Shown piece after piece: positions 16,698-25,574 of a stretch of DNA of 48,655 nucleotides; position 1 is the first letter of the stretch, and each line of letters opens with the position of its first letter. This DNA comes from a virus. Its lineage: Duplodnaviria; Caudoviricetes. The stretch spans positions 1 to 48,655 of IMG/VR virus record IMGVR_UViG_3300009502_000072. One strand, 5' to 3'. Made by a program: the position numbers and the translations under genes. The notes under the pieces are model-generated. The model was not told where the DNA came from and ran no database searches. It saw nothing but the letters and a program-made list of their open reading frames with translations.

Positions 16698-17592
16698 GAT
16701 TCTTCTCCTTTAGGGCGGCGTCGATTGCTTCTGCAAACGCACTCCACAGCGGGTCAGAAACGGTAGTTTGGCAAACCTCAAGCGTCCTTTGAATTTCGTC
16801 TGCACTCAAACCTTGCCACTCGCGGGATGGGGGCGCGGTGTAGTTAGGATCATCAGGCGCGAGTGGCAACGGCATCCAATGCGTGATTTCACCTTCGCCT
16901 ACCGCGATTGACGAGAATTCGTCCCAGTTGTCGATGCACTCGTACCAGCCCTCTGGCGTCCAGTAAGTGTCAGTTTCCTCATCGTATTCGCCCCAGTCAT
17001 ATTCGGCGTTGGCTTCAACGGTTTTTGCAGCAGTCCATTCCGCACGAATACGGCGCAGGTTGCCGTGACTGTTCTTGTAGCAAGCCAGCACGGTCACTCC
17101 TGACTTTGGCATTGCATCATCGACTGAAACCCACGCCACAGGCTGCTGCGGCTCAGGCGCGGCAACGGGCGCGGGTTGTGCGGCTTTTAGTTGGGCGACC
17201 GTTTCCTTGCTGATCGGAAATTTTCCGCAGCACTTGGGACAAATCATCCATTCGGCAATTTCTCCTTTGCCGCCCCAGTAATAGGTTGGCACAGGAAGAT
17301 CGGGAGCGAGAGGAAAAATCGTGAAGCCCTGATCTGCAACCAAATCAAGCGCAGGAGCGGCAACAGGCTGCGGCTCAGGCGCGGCGAGGGCTGCGTCGAG
17401 GATGGCGATTGCCGCGATAACCGTCTGCCGATCCTTGGCAAGCGGCGTTGAGGCAACTGCAAGCGCATTGCGCACTTTCTGTAGATCGGAGTTGGTCATT
17501 TTGCTCTCCCATTTCGAGTAGTCTTCGCACTCAGCGCAAGACTCGTTATAGACCGCGCCATCGTTATGCTGGCAGTCGCTGCAGTCACTCAT
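16690..17592 (-). CDS. DUF551-like domain protein
   Basis: WVSVDDAMP...ITHWMPLP motif; the start could instead be 17499. Confidence 0.7.
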   Translation of the reverse strand: MSDCSDCQHNDGAVYNESCAECEDYSKWESKMTNSDLQKVRNALAVASTPLAKDRQTVIAAIAILDAALAAPEPQPVAAPALDLVADQGFTIFPLAPDLPVPTYYWGGKGEIAEWMICPKCCGKFPISKETVAQLKAAQPAPVAAPEPQQPVAWVSVDDAMPKSGVTVLACYKNSHGNLRRIRAEWTAAKTVEANAEYDWGEYDEETDTYWTPEGWYECIDNWDEFSSIAVGEGEITHWMPLPLAPDDPNYTAPPSREWQGLSADEIQRTLEVCQTTVSDPLWSAFAEAIDAALKEKNHG

Positions 17593-17839
17593 CTTTGCTC
17601 CAGCAGTCAAGCCCGGCGTCTGCCTCATCCATCAGCAGCACATCCTCCCAGCGGTACTTGCCCGTAGGCTCCAGCTTGGTTTCGGTCTCGTACCGATAGT
17701 ATTGATGCTCGCCCCAGAGTTGCTGGAGAACGTTGTCATAGAAATTCAGCGGGTTAACGTCTGAACTCGCCGTTCCCGGGATATTGTTGCGCCGAACGAT
17801 CCAGCGCATCGGGGCAAGGGGTATCCACTTAGTTGTCAT
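17585..17839 (-). CDS. Hypothetical protein
   Basis: Start MTTKW; VLQQLW...WEDV motif. Confidence 0.55.
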   Translation of the reverse strand: MTTKWIPLAPMRWIVRRNNIPGTASSDVNPLNFYDNVLQQLWGEHQYYRYETETKLEPTGKYRWEDVLLMDEADAGLDCWSKDE

Positions 17840-17847
17840 CTCATCCC

Positions 17848-18084
17848 CTAGCTGATGGTCGTAATGTAGTGTTGATGGCTCGCCTTGCCGCTCTTGGTCT
17901 CGTATTGAACGTTGACCGATGAACTCGGACATCGGATGACCCTCATGCCGTCCAGCCTGATGTAAACGCAATCCTTCAACTCAGGTATGTTGGTCAGCCT
18001 GTGAATCGAGTATTCCCGCTGATCGATGGGGCGGTTATCACAGCCGACCAAGAGCAAAGCCACGAGCAAGATAAGCAGCTTCAT
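17848..18084 (-). CDS. Putative lipoprotein
   Basis: Signal peptide with lipobox LLVGC. Confidence 0.65.
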   Translation of the reverse strand: MKLLILLVALLLVGCDNRPIDQREYSIHRLTNIPELKDCVYIRLDGMRVIRCPSSSVNVQYETKSGKASHQHYITTIS

Positions 18085-18497
18085 TTCTTCGCCCCCGCAT
18101 CGATCAGTGAGTCAAGGTACTTCTCGACAATGTCGACAGACTTGCCTGCGAGGCGCTGGGCAGTCTCGGACTTGGCGGCTTCGATGACGCCCGTACCGGC
18201 GATGATGAACATGGCGTCCTTCTTAGTCGGCACAAAAACGCAGATGCCTAAGCAGAGCGCAACAATCCACCAGCGTTTAAACACAAGCAAGCACACAGCC
18301 CTTGCGTTTCGCGTGGAGCGGTCGTAGGACTCAATGTTTTCTTTCCCGTTGTACGGGTTCTTGTCCGGATCGGCAAGCATGTAAACCAGCAACAAAATGC
18401 CGAACAGGAACGACCCGCAAAAGAAAATGATGCTCGCCGCAGTGTTGATCGAATCAAGGCGGGTGATCAGGTACAGCACAACGATTTCAGTCGTCAT
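18081..18497 (-). CDS. Membrane protein
   Basis: Two to three hydrophobic helices; YLITRLD and VPTKKD motifs. Confidence 0.7.
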   Translation of the reverse strand: MTTEIVVLYLITRLDSINTAASIIFFCGSFLFGILLLVYMLADPDKNPYNGKENIESYDRSTRNARAVCLLVFKRWWIVALCLGICVFVPTKKDAMFIIAGTGVIEAAKSETAQRLAGKSVDIVEKYLDSLIDAGAKK

Positions 18498-18500
18498 GGT

Positions 18501-19019
18501 TTATTCTCCACATATGAAGTCAACGAAACGCCTCCAGAGCGTTTTCTTGGGCTTGCCATAGGCAAGGTATGTCCTGCCGTTTCCCTCGGGTTCTGGGATC
18601 GTTCCGAACTGTTCGTAGGTGAGCGGCTTTTTAGCCAAGTCAATCCCCATGAAGCAATTCTGGTGTGGGCTGACATGGTTGGAAAGACCGGCTCCTAGCG
18701 CACCCATATGTTTGGCGATAGCCTGATCATCGATGCTTTGCGGCTGGATGTAGTACTCCTCCTTCGGTTTCTTGGGCTTCTGTTTCGGTCGTGATGCTGG
18801 TGACTTGTATGTGCCAGCCGCCTTCAGTTCTTTGATGCGCTGCTTGCGCTGGCGATCACGGTTGACCACGTTGCACACATCGACCAGCTTGCAGCCAATG
18901 AGTTCAGCAACCTCGGATTTGCTCCAGCCTTCCTTGAGCGTCTTGCGAATGGTCGCGGATCGCGAGTCTTTCGGTAGACGATTGATGCGAACTGGTTTTT
19001 TAGCCTCTTGCGATTCCAT
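18501..19019 (-). CDS. HTH-containing protein
   Basis: GWSKSEVAELIGC HTH-like segment; start MESQE. Confidence 0.55.
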   Translation of the reverse strand: MESQEAKKPVRINRLPKDSRSATIRKTLKEGWSKSEVAELIGCKLVDVCNVVNRDRQRKQRIKELKAAGTYKSPASRPKQKPKKPKEEYYIQPQSIDDQAIAKHMGALGAGLSNHVSPHQNCFMGIDLAKKPLTYEQFGTIPEPEGNGRTYLAYGKPKKTLWRRFVDFICGE

Positions 19020-19032
19020 GATTCTCCCCTTG

Positions 19033-19254
19033 TTATGACATTTTCCGAAAGTCAGCGATGCGCCAAGCAAGGCATTCTGCATACAGAAGCATCGCCTTGT
19101 ACTGAATCTGCATTTTGCATTGTTCGCTTGACGGGATGGTATTGAAAACTTTCCCACCAAGGAAAGCGCCTAGCTTGGCAATTTTCTCCATGAGATCCTT
19201 GTGTTCGCGAATCACACGTTGCTGGTAGTCCACCATCGACTGATAGTCCATCAT
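19033..19254 (-). CDS. crAss001_48-like small helical protein
   Basis: YQQRVI.E..DL.EKI.KL..F...Q..AM..Y...L..RI pattern. Confidence 0.65.
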   Translation of the reverse strand: MMDYQSMVDYQQRVIREHKDLMEKIAKLGAFLGGKVFNTIPSSEQCKMQIQYKAMLLYAECLAWRIADFRKMS

Positions 19255-19273
19255 GATGTTTTTCCTTGTTCGT

Positions 19274-19423
19274 TTAAATGCAGGTAACCGTTGTGCCGCC
19301 CATGCCATCAGGGCAGATCGTGCAGACGGTGATGGTGCCATCCTTGCTGACAACCGTGGTTGTCTTGCAAGCATCGGCAGAGCCAAAACCAAGTGCCAAA
19401 ATAATGATCAGTGCGTATTTCAT
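19274..19423 (-). CDS. Small secreted Cys-containing peptide
   Basis: Signal peptide followed by CKTTT...VCTIC...TCI. Confidence 0.55.
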   Translation of the reverse strand: MKYALIIILALGFGSADACKTTTVVSKDGTITVCTICPDGMGGTTVTCI

Positions 19424-19644
19424 AGCGCCCCCTTGAGGAACTGGTAATAAAACAGGATCAATGCCGAGACGGCGATCCCAATGGTGATGATGGTCTTGGG
19501 AACCCACCACTTGTCTTTGGGTATGTCGTAGGTATAGAACGATGCGTTGGTGGGCATCTTCGCGGAGTACAGCCCGTTTGCACCGCGATGTTCGAACTTC
19601 TTAACCTCGTAAGCGCTGCCGATCTTGATTTTGGGTTGGCTCAT
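19420..19644 (-). CDS. Small membrane-anchored protein
   Basis: KIGSAY motif and C-terminal transmembrane helix. Confidence 0.55.
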   Translation of the reverse strand: MSQPKIKIGSAYEVKKFEHRGANGLYSAKMPTNASFYTYDIPKDKWWVPKTIITIGIAVSALILFYYQFLKGAL

Positions 19645-19889
19645 GGTTTGCTCCTTGGCACACGCGCATTTCTAGGCCAGTAACTGCACCAGAGGATTTT
19701 TTCAGTAGTCACCAGCGGAGGTTTATTACCATATGTATGTATCAGATGCTGACTTGACCACGGAAAGCACACAGCGCTCCAGAACTCCCCATTCCAAAAT
19801 CTCCATGCACACGAAGGAGGACTTTCCCCTCCCCAACTCACGTTCCACCACCCGATGTGCGGTGGTTCACCTCTGTTCCATTTATTCAT
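19641..19889 (-). CDS. Trp-rich protein, paralog A
   Basis: GEPPHIGWW...WNG..WS...W..YWP.NARVPR. Confidence 0.7.
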   Translation of the reverse strand: MNKWNRGEPPHIGWWNVSWGGESPPSCAWRFWNGEFWSAVCFPWSSQHLIHTYGNKPPLVTTEKILWCSYWPRNARVPRSKP

Positions 19890-20122
19890 GGTTGCACCCT
19901 CGGAACCCGTGCGTTGATGGGGTAGTAGTCGCACCACTCGATGTTTGGGGCGTTATGGGCGGGTATCTTGGTCTTTGCGATCCGCGCAGCATGGGTTTTA
20001 GTGACATGCGCTGATGCCCCGTAACTCCATTGCGAACCATCCCACCAACGCCACCAATTAGATTGCGTCTGCCACCACCCGACATGCGGGGGCTTTCCTT
20101 TATTCCATTTGGTTTTATTCAT
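19886..20122 (-). CDS. Trp-rich protein, paralog B
   Basis: GKPPHVGWW...WDG..WS...W..YYP.NARVPR. Confidence 0.7.
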   Translation of the reverse strand: MNKTKWNKGKPPHVGWWQTQSNWWRWWDGSQWSYGASAHVTKTHAARIAKTKIPAHNAPNIEWCDYYPINARVPRVQP

Positions 20123-20369
20123 CTTGTTTCTCCTTCGGTTTACGCTTCCTGATAGAGGCAATGCCAACCTCTTCGACTGGCACAACCCCTGTAAATGGCG
20201 GGATGACATTGTTGCCATGCTTGACCTCCAGCATTGCATCGGCAAAGTCATACGCCCACAAAGCGGCTCGCTTAACTTCCTGTCCATGAAAGACACCCGC
20301 GCCGAAATGCGGGATCATTCCAATCAACGCAAGACCGGCGAACAGGTCACGAAGATCTTCGTCATTCAC
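20115..20369 (-). CDS. Small conserved phage protein (LRDLFAG...AYDFADAML)
   Basis: Motif; related to 12690-12875. Confidence 0.7.
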   Translation of the reverse strand: MNDEDLRDLFAGLALIGMIPHFGAGVFHGQEVKRAALWAYDFADAMLEVKHGNNVIPPFTGVVPVEEVGIASIRKRKPKEKQDE

Positions 20370-20685
20370 CTTTGCGCTCCAGTTCTGCGATCATGCTCTT
20401 CAGGTGTTCGCAGTACTTCTGACCGCTCGGGAACGCCGACTGGTAGAACGCATGACCGTAGATCGCCTCGGTGACATCCTTCAGCGCCTTGTTGTATCCA
20501 GCGGTGTAGGGGTCGTCATCGATCTTGTGTAAACGCATCTCAATGCCTTCACGGGCAATGCGCGAACGGGACATGCTGTGACCGGTGCAGTACTGCTCCA
20601 GTTCTTCGTTGAGTTCCACGCCGATGTGGAACATGCTGCCCTTGTAGGCAAGGTTAGAAGTCGGCTTGCGGGATTTGGTTTTCAT
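20362..20685 (-). CDS. Putative ribbon-helix-helix DNA-binding protein
   Basis: Beta-strand followed by two helices (ELEQYC...SRSRIAREGI). Confidence 0.5.
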   Translation of the reverse strand: MKTKSRKPTSNLAYKGSMFHIGVELNEELEQYCTGHSMSRSRIAREGIEMRLHKIDDDPYTAGYNKALKDVTEAIYGHAFYQSAFPSGQKYCEHLKSMIAELERKGE

Positions 20686-21079
20686 AGTCTTGAACCACCT
20701 TGTCAAAAGTTTCTTGGGCGTAGGGAACAGAACGGAGTTCGGTTCGGCTGTGGATGTTTAGCAGGTTGCACAAATTCTCTACCGCCTGCTCCTCGTTTGA
20801 GACCTCAACCTCAAGAAGCGTTGAGAGGAACTTCCAGAAGTTCCAGTTGCGGCACAGAATCCCAGCCTTGATAACGCGAGCATCTGGCTCCTGTTTCTCA
20901 ACGGTCGTCATCGTCTCGTCGTCGTTTATACGCATCATCGCCACACCGTAGCGAGCGCCGACGTAATCCCGAAGGAGTCCCTCGGGCATCTCGTCAGGGT
21001 GAATCCGCAGCGTCAGCACGAAGCCGTTGGAGTCCTGCTTGAGTGCGATCTTGATCGCTTCGAACGATTTGTTTGCCAT
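20654..21079 (-). CDS. Conserved hypothetical protein of the recombination module
   Basis: FEA.KIALKQD..G.VLTL.IHPD pattern. Confidence 0.7.
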   Translation of the reverse strand: MANKSFEAIKIALKQDSNGFVLTLRIHPDEMPEGLLRDYVGARYGVAMMRINDDETMTTVEKQEPDARVIKAGILCRNWNFWKFLSTLLEVEVSNEEQAVENLCNLLNIHSRTELRSVPYAQETFDKVVQDYENQIPQADF

Positions 21080-21081
21080 GA

Positions 21082-21399
21082 TCAGAAGGGGAGATCGTCG
21101 TCAATGTCGGCTGCAGAAGCAGCAGGCGCTTGCTGGCGCGGGGTCGGCGACTGGGTCTTGGTCTTCCAGTCATCGTTGTTGCCGTCAGAAGCCTTGAGAC
21201 TCAGGAAGGTCTTGCCGACCTTGGTCTGCTTCTTCCAGCCAGCGATGCTGATCTTGATCTTGCCATCGATCAGGCGATACGGGCTCGGGTCAAGAACAAT
21301 GTCTCCGCGATAGTCGGGTGACTTCTCGCTGGTCTTGGTCGCGACCGAGAACAAGCTGCCGGTATTGGGCAGTGTTTCAAAGGGTTTGTCGTAAGCCAT
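21082..21399 (-). CDS. Single-stranded DNA-binding protein (DUF736-like)
   Basis: GSLF...PDYRG...AGWKK...FLSL and acidic tail DDDLPF; adjacent to ERF. Confidence 0.7.
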   Translation of the reverse strand: MAYDKPFETLPNTGSLFSVATKTSEKSPDYRGDIVLDPSPYRLIDGKIKISIAGWKKQTKVGKTFLSLKASDGNNDDWKTKTQSPTPRQQAPAASAADIDDDLPF

Positions 21400-21402
21400 G
21401 TG

Positions 21403-22056
21403 TTACTCCTTGGTAAGTGCCGAACGGATGTCGGCGAAGCCTTGTTGAAGGACAGCGAACTTGCTGGGGTGGACTTCCTTGATGCGGGTGACTTCCTTCT
21501 GGTTCGCCTTCCAGAGGTTGGTCAGTTCTTCGACCGTAGTACAGGAGGTTCCCCACTGGATCATGGAGTCAACGAACAGTTCCACGTTGGCTGCGTCATC
21601 GCCAGCCTCGACCACAGGAGCAGGAGCAGCCTTTGCCTTCTCGGCGTCAACCTTGACGGGAACCTTTCCTGCAGTTGAAGGAGGCGCTGCGGCGTCGACC
21701 GTGTCGGGTTCGACTAGGTCAAGTGCCAGCAGGTACAGATAGCGCCTGAAATAGGTGTGCGTTGATCCCAGAGACTGGATCGCCTGACCCTTCTGGTTCT
21801 CGGCAAAGACTAGCGGCGAGGTAAACACAATGCATTCGCCGCCGTCATCGGTGTCGTAGATCGACAGGGTTGCAAACTCTCCCGTGAAATTGACCACACC
21901 AGCCAGACCGAGTTCGTTGAAGATCGGGGTGATGTGCGGCATGAAGTCGCCCAGTTCAAAGTATTCGTATCCCGCAAATTTGTTCTTGCCGCTCTTCTTC
22001 ATGTTGACCGTCAACATCCGATTACGGGCTTCCTGTAGTTTCTTGAGTACCTTCAT
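21403..22056 (-). CDS. erf: ERF-family single-strand annealing protein
   Basis: KSGKNKFAGYEY.EL.D and GS..TY.RRY motifs. Confidence 0.85.
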   Translation of the reverse strand: MKVLKKLQEARNRMLTVNMKKSGKNKFAGYEYFELGDFMPHITPIFNELGLAGVVNFTGEFATLSIYDTDDGGECIVFTSPLVFAENQKGQAIQSLGSTHTYFRRYLYLLALDLVEPDTVDAAAPPSTAGKVPVKVDAEKAKAAPAPVVEAGDDAANVELFVDSMIQWGTSCTTVEELTNLWKANQKEVTRIKEVHPSKFAVLQQGFADIRSALTKE

Positions 22057-22067
22057 GTTTAAACTCC

Positions 22068-23093
22068 TTAGAATGGAAGGGTATTGAAATTCTTGAGCAG
22101 CCTTGCCGTCTCGACAAGGCAGTCCATGACGAAGCCGATGGTTCGATACGTCACTTGCTTACCAGCAGCGATAGGCAGCGGAAAATCAGGACAGAAATCT
22201 TCGCCCTTGCTGCAGCTAAATCCGAGGATTCCTGCATCGGCAAAATCGATCCCGCCATGCGCCGCCTTGTTTATCCATTGCACATCATCAGCGCCACTCA
22301 GATCAGTGGTGAAGTATGAATAGGCTGGATGGTTCTCGCCAATGGCAACGTACCCGCACAGCACACCGAGGGTATTGCGCTGGATCTCGCACAGATACCC
22401 AGATGATATGAACGACACTTCGCTCGGTTCGCACTTCCAGATATGATGCTTGACGCGCCTGTTGGTGTTGCCAAGCGATGTGACCTGCAAGCCGCCATCA
22501 GGAAGATCAGCCTCTTCGATCTGCGCCTCAGACAATCCGGCATTCTTCCAGACCTGCTCGGCATTCTTCTTGCGCAGGATCATTGCCTCGACCGCCGCTG
22601 CATCGATATGGTTCAGATGCTGCGGCACTCTTGCGGTGGTTGTCGCGGTGCCTCCTGTAAATGTGGCAGAGGTTTGAGCGCCAGCCAGCGTCTGCAGGTC
22701 TTGCTGCCTTTGCCGTTCTTCAGCAGTCGCCTGATTTGCCATGTTGCTCATCATGGTGTTCCAATCCTGATCTTCTGGATGCCATTGCTGCCCCTGCATG
22801 ACGGTCGCCTGCCCCAGTGAGTTGAGCGCCGTGTTCGAAAGATTCATAGCAGTTGGCGGTTTCGTTTTCTTTGCCGGTTTGTTAAATATGCTGACCCCTT
22901 CATGGACAACGTCATACTTGTCGGCAATGTTTTCTACCGACCAACCCTTGTTTTGCAAGTCAACCGCCTGCTCAATGGAGATCTTCTGCTTCATCACCAA
23001 GACGCCATCCTCCCGCTGCACTGCACTCCAGTCAGTGTTGATGTTGTAGTCGTTTGGATTAGCAGGGTTAGACATGATGACAGGAATAGCCAT
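22068..23093 (-). CDS. Hypothetical multidomain protein
   Basis: 341-aa ORF; C-terminal LCGYV...HP...HGGI...GF.C phage motif. Confidence 0.65.
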   Translation of the reverse strand: MAIPVIMSNPANPNDYNINTDWSAVQREDGVLVMKQKISIEQAVDLQNKGWSVENIADKYDVVHEGVSIFNKPAKKTKPPTAMNLSNTALNSLGQATVMQGQQWHPEDQDWNTMMSNMANQATAEERQRQQDLQTLAGAQTSATFTGGTATTTARVPQHLNHIDAAAVEAMILRKKNAEQVWKNAGLSEAQIEEADLPDGGLQVTSLGNTNRRVKHHIWKCEPSEVSFISSGYLCEIQRNTLGVLCGYVAIGENHPAYSYFTTDLSGADDVQWINKAAHGGIDFADAGILGFSCSKGEDFCPDFPLPIAAGKQVTYRTIGFVMDCLVETARLLKNFNTLPF

Positions 23094-23254
23094 TACAGCT
23101 TCCCTCGTTTAAACGCTTCAAATAGGGAAGCCTCCTTCTCGGGAACCTGACCGGTCTTGGCGATCTTGGCGATCTTGCGGCTCATCTTCATCCGCTCGCG
23201 ATATTGCGCCAGTGATTCATTTGACTGACGCTCTGGTGAGTGAAAATTAGCCAT
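23093..23254 (-). CDS. Hypothetical protein
   Basis: Start MANFH after GGAGAG. Confidence 0.45.
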   Translation of the reverse strand: MANFHSPERQSNESLAQYRERMKMSRKIAKIAKTGQVPEKEASLFEAFKRGKL

Positions 23255-23537
23255 CGTCTCTCTCCGAAAAGCTTTTGACAACGGCAAGCTTCAGGTCAAG
23301 AACCATTGCGTCGATTGCTTCAAACGCAATATTCGGAGGCATCTGCGCCATCATGGGAGCCAGCACATTGAACGTTGAGCAAAGCATGGCGGAAATCAGT
23401 TGCATGCCACTTTCATTGGTCGTCAATTCCTTGAGCCTGACGATCATTGATTCGGTCATCTTTTCGCTCAGGCTTTCAACGTTACGCATGAACTCCTTGA
23501 ATTCCGGAGAGTTCATTTCTTCATTGTTGTTGGTCAT
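23247..23537 (-). CDS. Hypothetical protein
   Basis: Operon packing, SD. Confidence 0.55.
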   Translation of the reverse strand: MTNNNEEMNSPEFKEFMRNVESLSEKMTESMIVRLKELTTNESGMQLISAMLCSTFNVLAPMMAQMPPNIAFEAIDAMVLDLKLAVVKSFSERDDG

Positions 23538-23790
23538 TTTTCATTTCTCCAAGTTGTTTGATCTTGCCGTAGTACTTGCCGGTCATTGCCGTCAAGGCTT
23601 CCGGCGGCATCATAAAAGCATTACCGTAAATGCAGGACACTTCAATTGCTGATGCGATGACGGTCGTGCGAGCGATGACATCCATCGGGTGATGCTCGGT
23701 CAGAAACCGGTCAAAGATCTCGCAGACCGCCTCGACAAGGGCATCCATGTCGGTCGCCGCCTTCAGTGCTTCCGCGCTGTGTTCACTCAT
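23521..23790 (-). CDS. Hypothetical protein
   Basis: Operon packing, SD GGAGG. Confidence 0.55.
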   Translation of the reverse strand: MSEHSAEALKAATDMDALVEAVCEIFDRFLTEHHPMDVIARTTVIASAIEVSCIYGNAFMMPPEALTAMTGKYYGKIKQLGEMKNDQQQ

Positions 23791-24667
23791 CTTGAGCCTC
23801 CTGTTGTGCCTTCTGGTACTGGGTACACCACTGGTTGACGTTGCAGTAATTATTGACGCAACGCACTGCCTCTCCCTTGCGGATCATGATGACCGTCTTG
23901 GGGGTCGCCTTCTGCAACTCCTGCGCCTCCGCCTCGGTATCAAAGACACGCAAAGCCCGTTTGCCGCCTTCCTTCAGGACGGCGTACTTCGTATCGCGCT
24001 GCCAGCGATCTTCCTCGGTGCAGGGCGGGAGTTCAGAACCCCAGTCAGCAGCAACCTTGGCATCGCGGTGCAGTTCGATCCGTTCCTTGATGAAACCCAG
24101 CGCCTTGTCCGGAGTCCACAATGGGAGCGCCACCATTTGAATCTGAGCCTGCGGATAGTCAGCCTTGACCTGTGACTCCCGCTTACTCCAATCGCGCAGG
24201 AATGCGCAGATGTTCAAGCCAGAGACGGGGAGTCCCTTGACCTGCTCGACGATGTGCTTGTAGATGTTCTGCTGCTGGTGCCAGTCATCCTTGTCGGCTC
24301 GCAGCGCCCAGACCGAGGTGAACTTGTAGTCGGTGATGTTGACGGTGTTGTCGGTTTGCAGATGCTGCAGATCGATGGCACCTGACAGGGTGACGCCATT
24401 GACCTCGTAGTACAGGCGCTCCTCGGTGATGTGATTGACAACCACGCCATGCTCGGCGATGGAGTGGATCGCCTTACCCATGAACTGCCAGAGCAATTCA
24501 GTGACATCGACCTCCATCTCATTCCAGTGCCTGCGGCGCAGGATTTGAATCCGAGGGGGGGAAATAATTTCGGTGACAGAGTAGTCAGCCTTGCCCTTGC
24601 TGTAGTAATCTTTGGTGATTGCAGCAACAAGTGTTTCGGGAACGCCGAATTTGTTTGTGATCTTCAC
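23783..24667 (-). CDS. PD-(D/E)XK exonuclease (Cas4/RecB-like)
   Basis: G.AIH...E.R...LSGAID...ITDYK...Q.NIY and C-terminal C...YC....WC; GTG start after CGGAGG. Confidence 0.85.
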   Translation of the reverse strand: MKITNKFGVPETLVAAITKDYYSKGKADYSVTEIISPPRIQILRRRHWNEMEVDVTELLWQFMGKAIHSIAEHGVVVNHITEERLYYEVNGVTLSGAIDLQHLQTDNTVNITDYKFTSVWALRADKDDWHQQQNIYKHIVEQVKGLPVSGLNICAFLRDWSKRESQVKADYPQAQIQMVALPLWTPDKALGFIKERIELHRDAKVAADWGSELPPCTEEDRWQRDTKYAVLKEGGKRALRVFDTEAEAQELQKATPKTVIMIRKGEAVRCVNNYCNVNQWCTQYQKAQQEAQDE

Positions 24668-24691
24668 AGTAGCCTCCGTGTTGGAGATTCC

Positions 24692-24720
24692 AATATAGCG
24701 CAGCTTTTAATCCTTTGCAA
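24692..24720 (-). promoter_or_regulatory. Sigma70-type promoter for the leftward recombination/accessory operon
   Basis: TTGCAA-17 bp-TATATT on the - strand. Confidence 0.6.
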
Positions 24721-24730
24721 GTGCTTCCAA

Positions 24731-25207
24731 ATGAAAAATGCAAATATATTTTCTGCCTTTAGAAATCCGACCGATTACCTCGACGCGATTGAGCATGACA
24801 TTCACTTGGTCTTCTATGGGGAACCGGCATCGAAGGCGAACAGTCGCAGATTAGCAACGGTGCGCGGCAAGCCGATGTTCATCAAGAGCAAGAAGGCGCT
24901 GGACTACGGCGGTGATTTCAAGAAGCAGGCGATGCAGTTTGCAGGCACTACCACGCCGCTGGAAGGCGATGTCGTGGTCACCATGATCATTTACTATGCC
25001 TCGCGCCGCCCAGACCTTGACGAAAGCCTGATCCTCGACCTGTTGCAGGGGGTGGCATACCTCAATGACCGGCAGGTCAAGGAGCGCCACATCTACTGGT
25101 CGCTGGACAAAGACAACCCCCGCGCCGTGATCTCGGTGGATCGTTTAAACAATCCGCTGCAGCCGAAGCGCACCGCAGCCTTTCGTTTGTTTGGCACTTG
25201 CGCTTGA
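24731..25207 (+). CDS. rusA: RusA-like Holliday junction resolvase
   Basis: GEPASKAN...RRPDLD...D.LQG..Y.NDRQV...NPR motifs. Confidence 0.85.
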   Translation: MKNANIFSAFRNPTDYLDAIEHDIHLVFYGEPASKANSRRLATVRGKPMFIKSKKALDYGGDFKKQAMQFAGTTTPLEGDVVVTMIIYYASRRPDLDESLILDLLQGVAYLNDRQVKERHIYWSLDKDNPRAVISVDRLNNPLQPKRTAAFRLFGTCA

Positions 25208-25226
25208 CGTTCGCATTCTGTACCAT
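25198..25226 (+). promoter_or_regulatory. Candidate sigma70 promoter upstream of the structured-RNA cluster
   Basis: TTGCGC-17 bp-TACCAT. Confidence 0.35.
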
Positions 25227-25280
25227 TGGTCATGTTGATGGTTTAGCCTCCGGTCAACATCCCTGATCTCCTCGGGGTCA

Positions 25281-25313
25281 AGGGGTGGCGATGATCTCGC
25301 CGCCCCTTTCTTT
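25281..25313 (+). terminator. Intrinsic terminator
   Basis: Stem GGGGTGGCGA/TCGCCGCCCC followed by TTTCTTT. Confidence 0.65.
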
Positions 25314-25319
25314 ATCAAG

Positions 25320-25396
25320 AGTTGTGCGGGTTGGACGGACTGACCTCCGCCCCCGGTCAGGGGATAGTCCTATTGGATCAATCAGCCCGTACAACT
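25320..25396 (+). ncRNA. Candidate structured RNA (long closing stem with internal hairpin)
   Basis: AGTTGTGCGGGTTG pairs with CAGCCCGTACAACT using two G-U wobbles on the + strand; inner CTGACC/GGTCAG and GGAC/GTCC stems. Confidence 0.5.
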
Positions 25397-25513
25397 GTTG
25401 GTAATCATCTCGTTTCCAGTGAGAGGCTGGACAGGCAGGTTAGTGCGACTTGACGGGTCTTGTTTACCAACAAAGACCGTGGGTCTTCGATACAACGAAG
25501 CATGAAGACATCT

Positions 25514-25574
25514 GAACTGGCAACTACGGCTGATGATCCCTTGATGGGTGAAACCGAAAGGTTCCGTGGAGTTC
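25514..25574 (+). ncRNA. Type I hammerhead ribozyme
   Basis: Stem I CTACGG/CCGTGG extended by GAACT/AGTTC; core CTGATGA (25530-36); stem II CCC/GGG; GAAA (25550-53); stem III ACC-GAAA-GGT; predicted cleavage after GUU at 25563. Confidence 0.75.

Noticed and set aside
23783-24667. Cas4-like nuclease as a sign of CRISPR-Cas
   Set aside because: No array or other cas genes; context is the exonuclease-ERF-SSB recombination module
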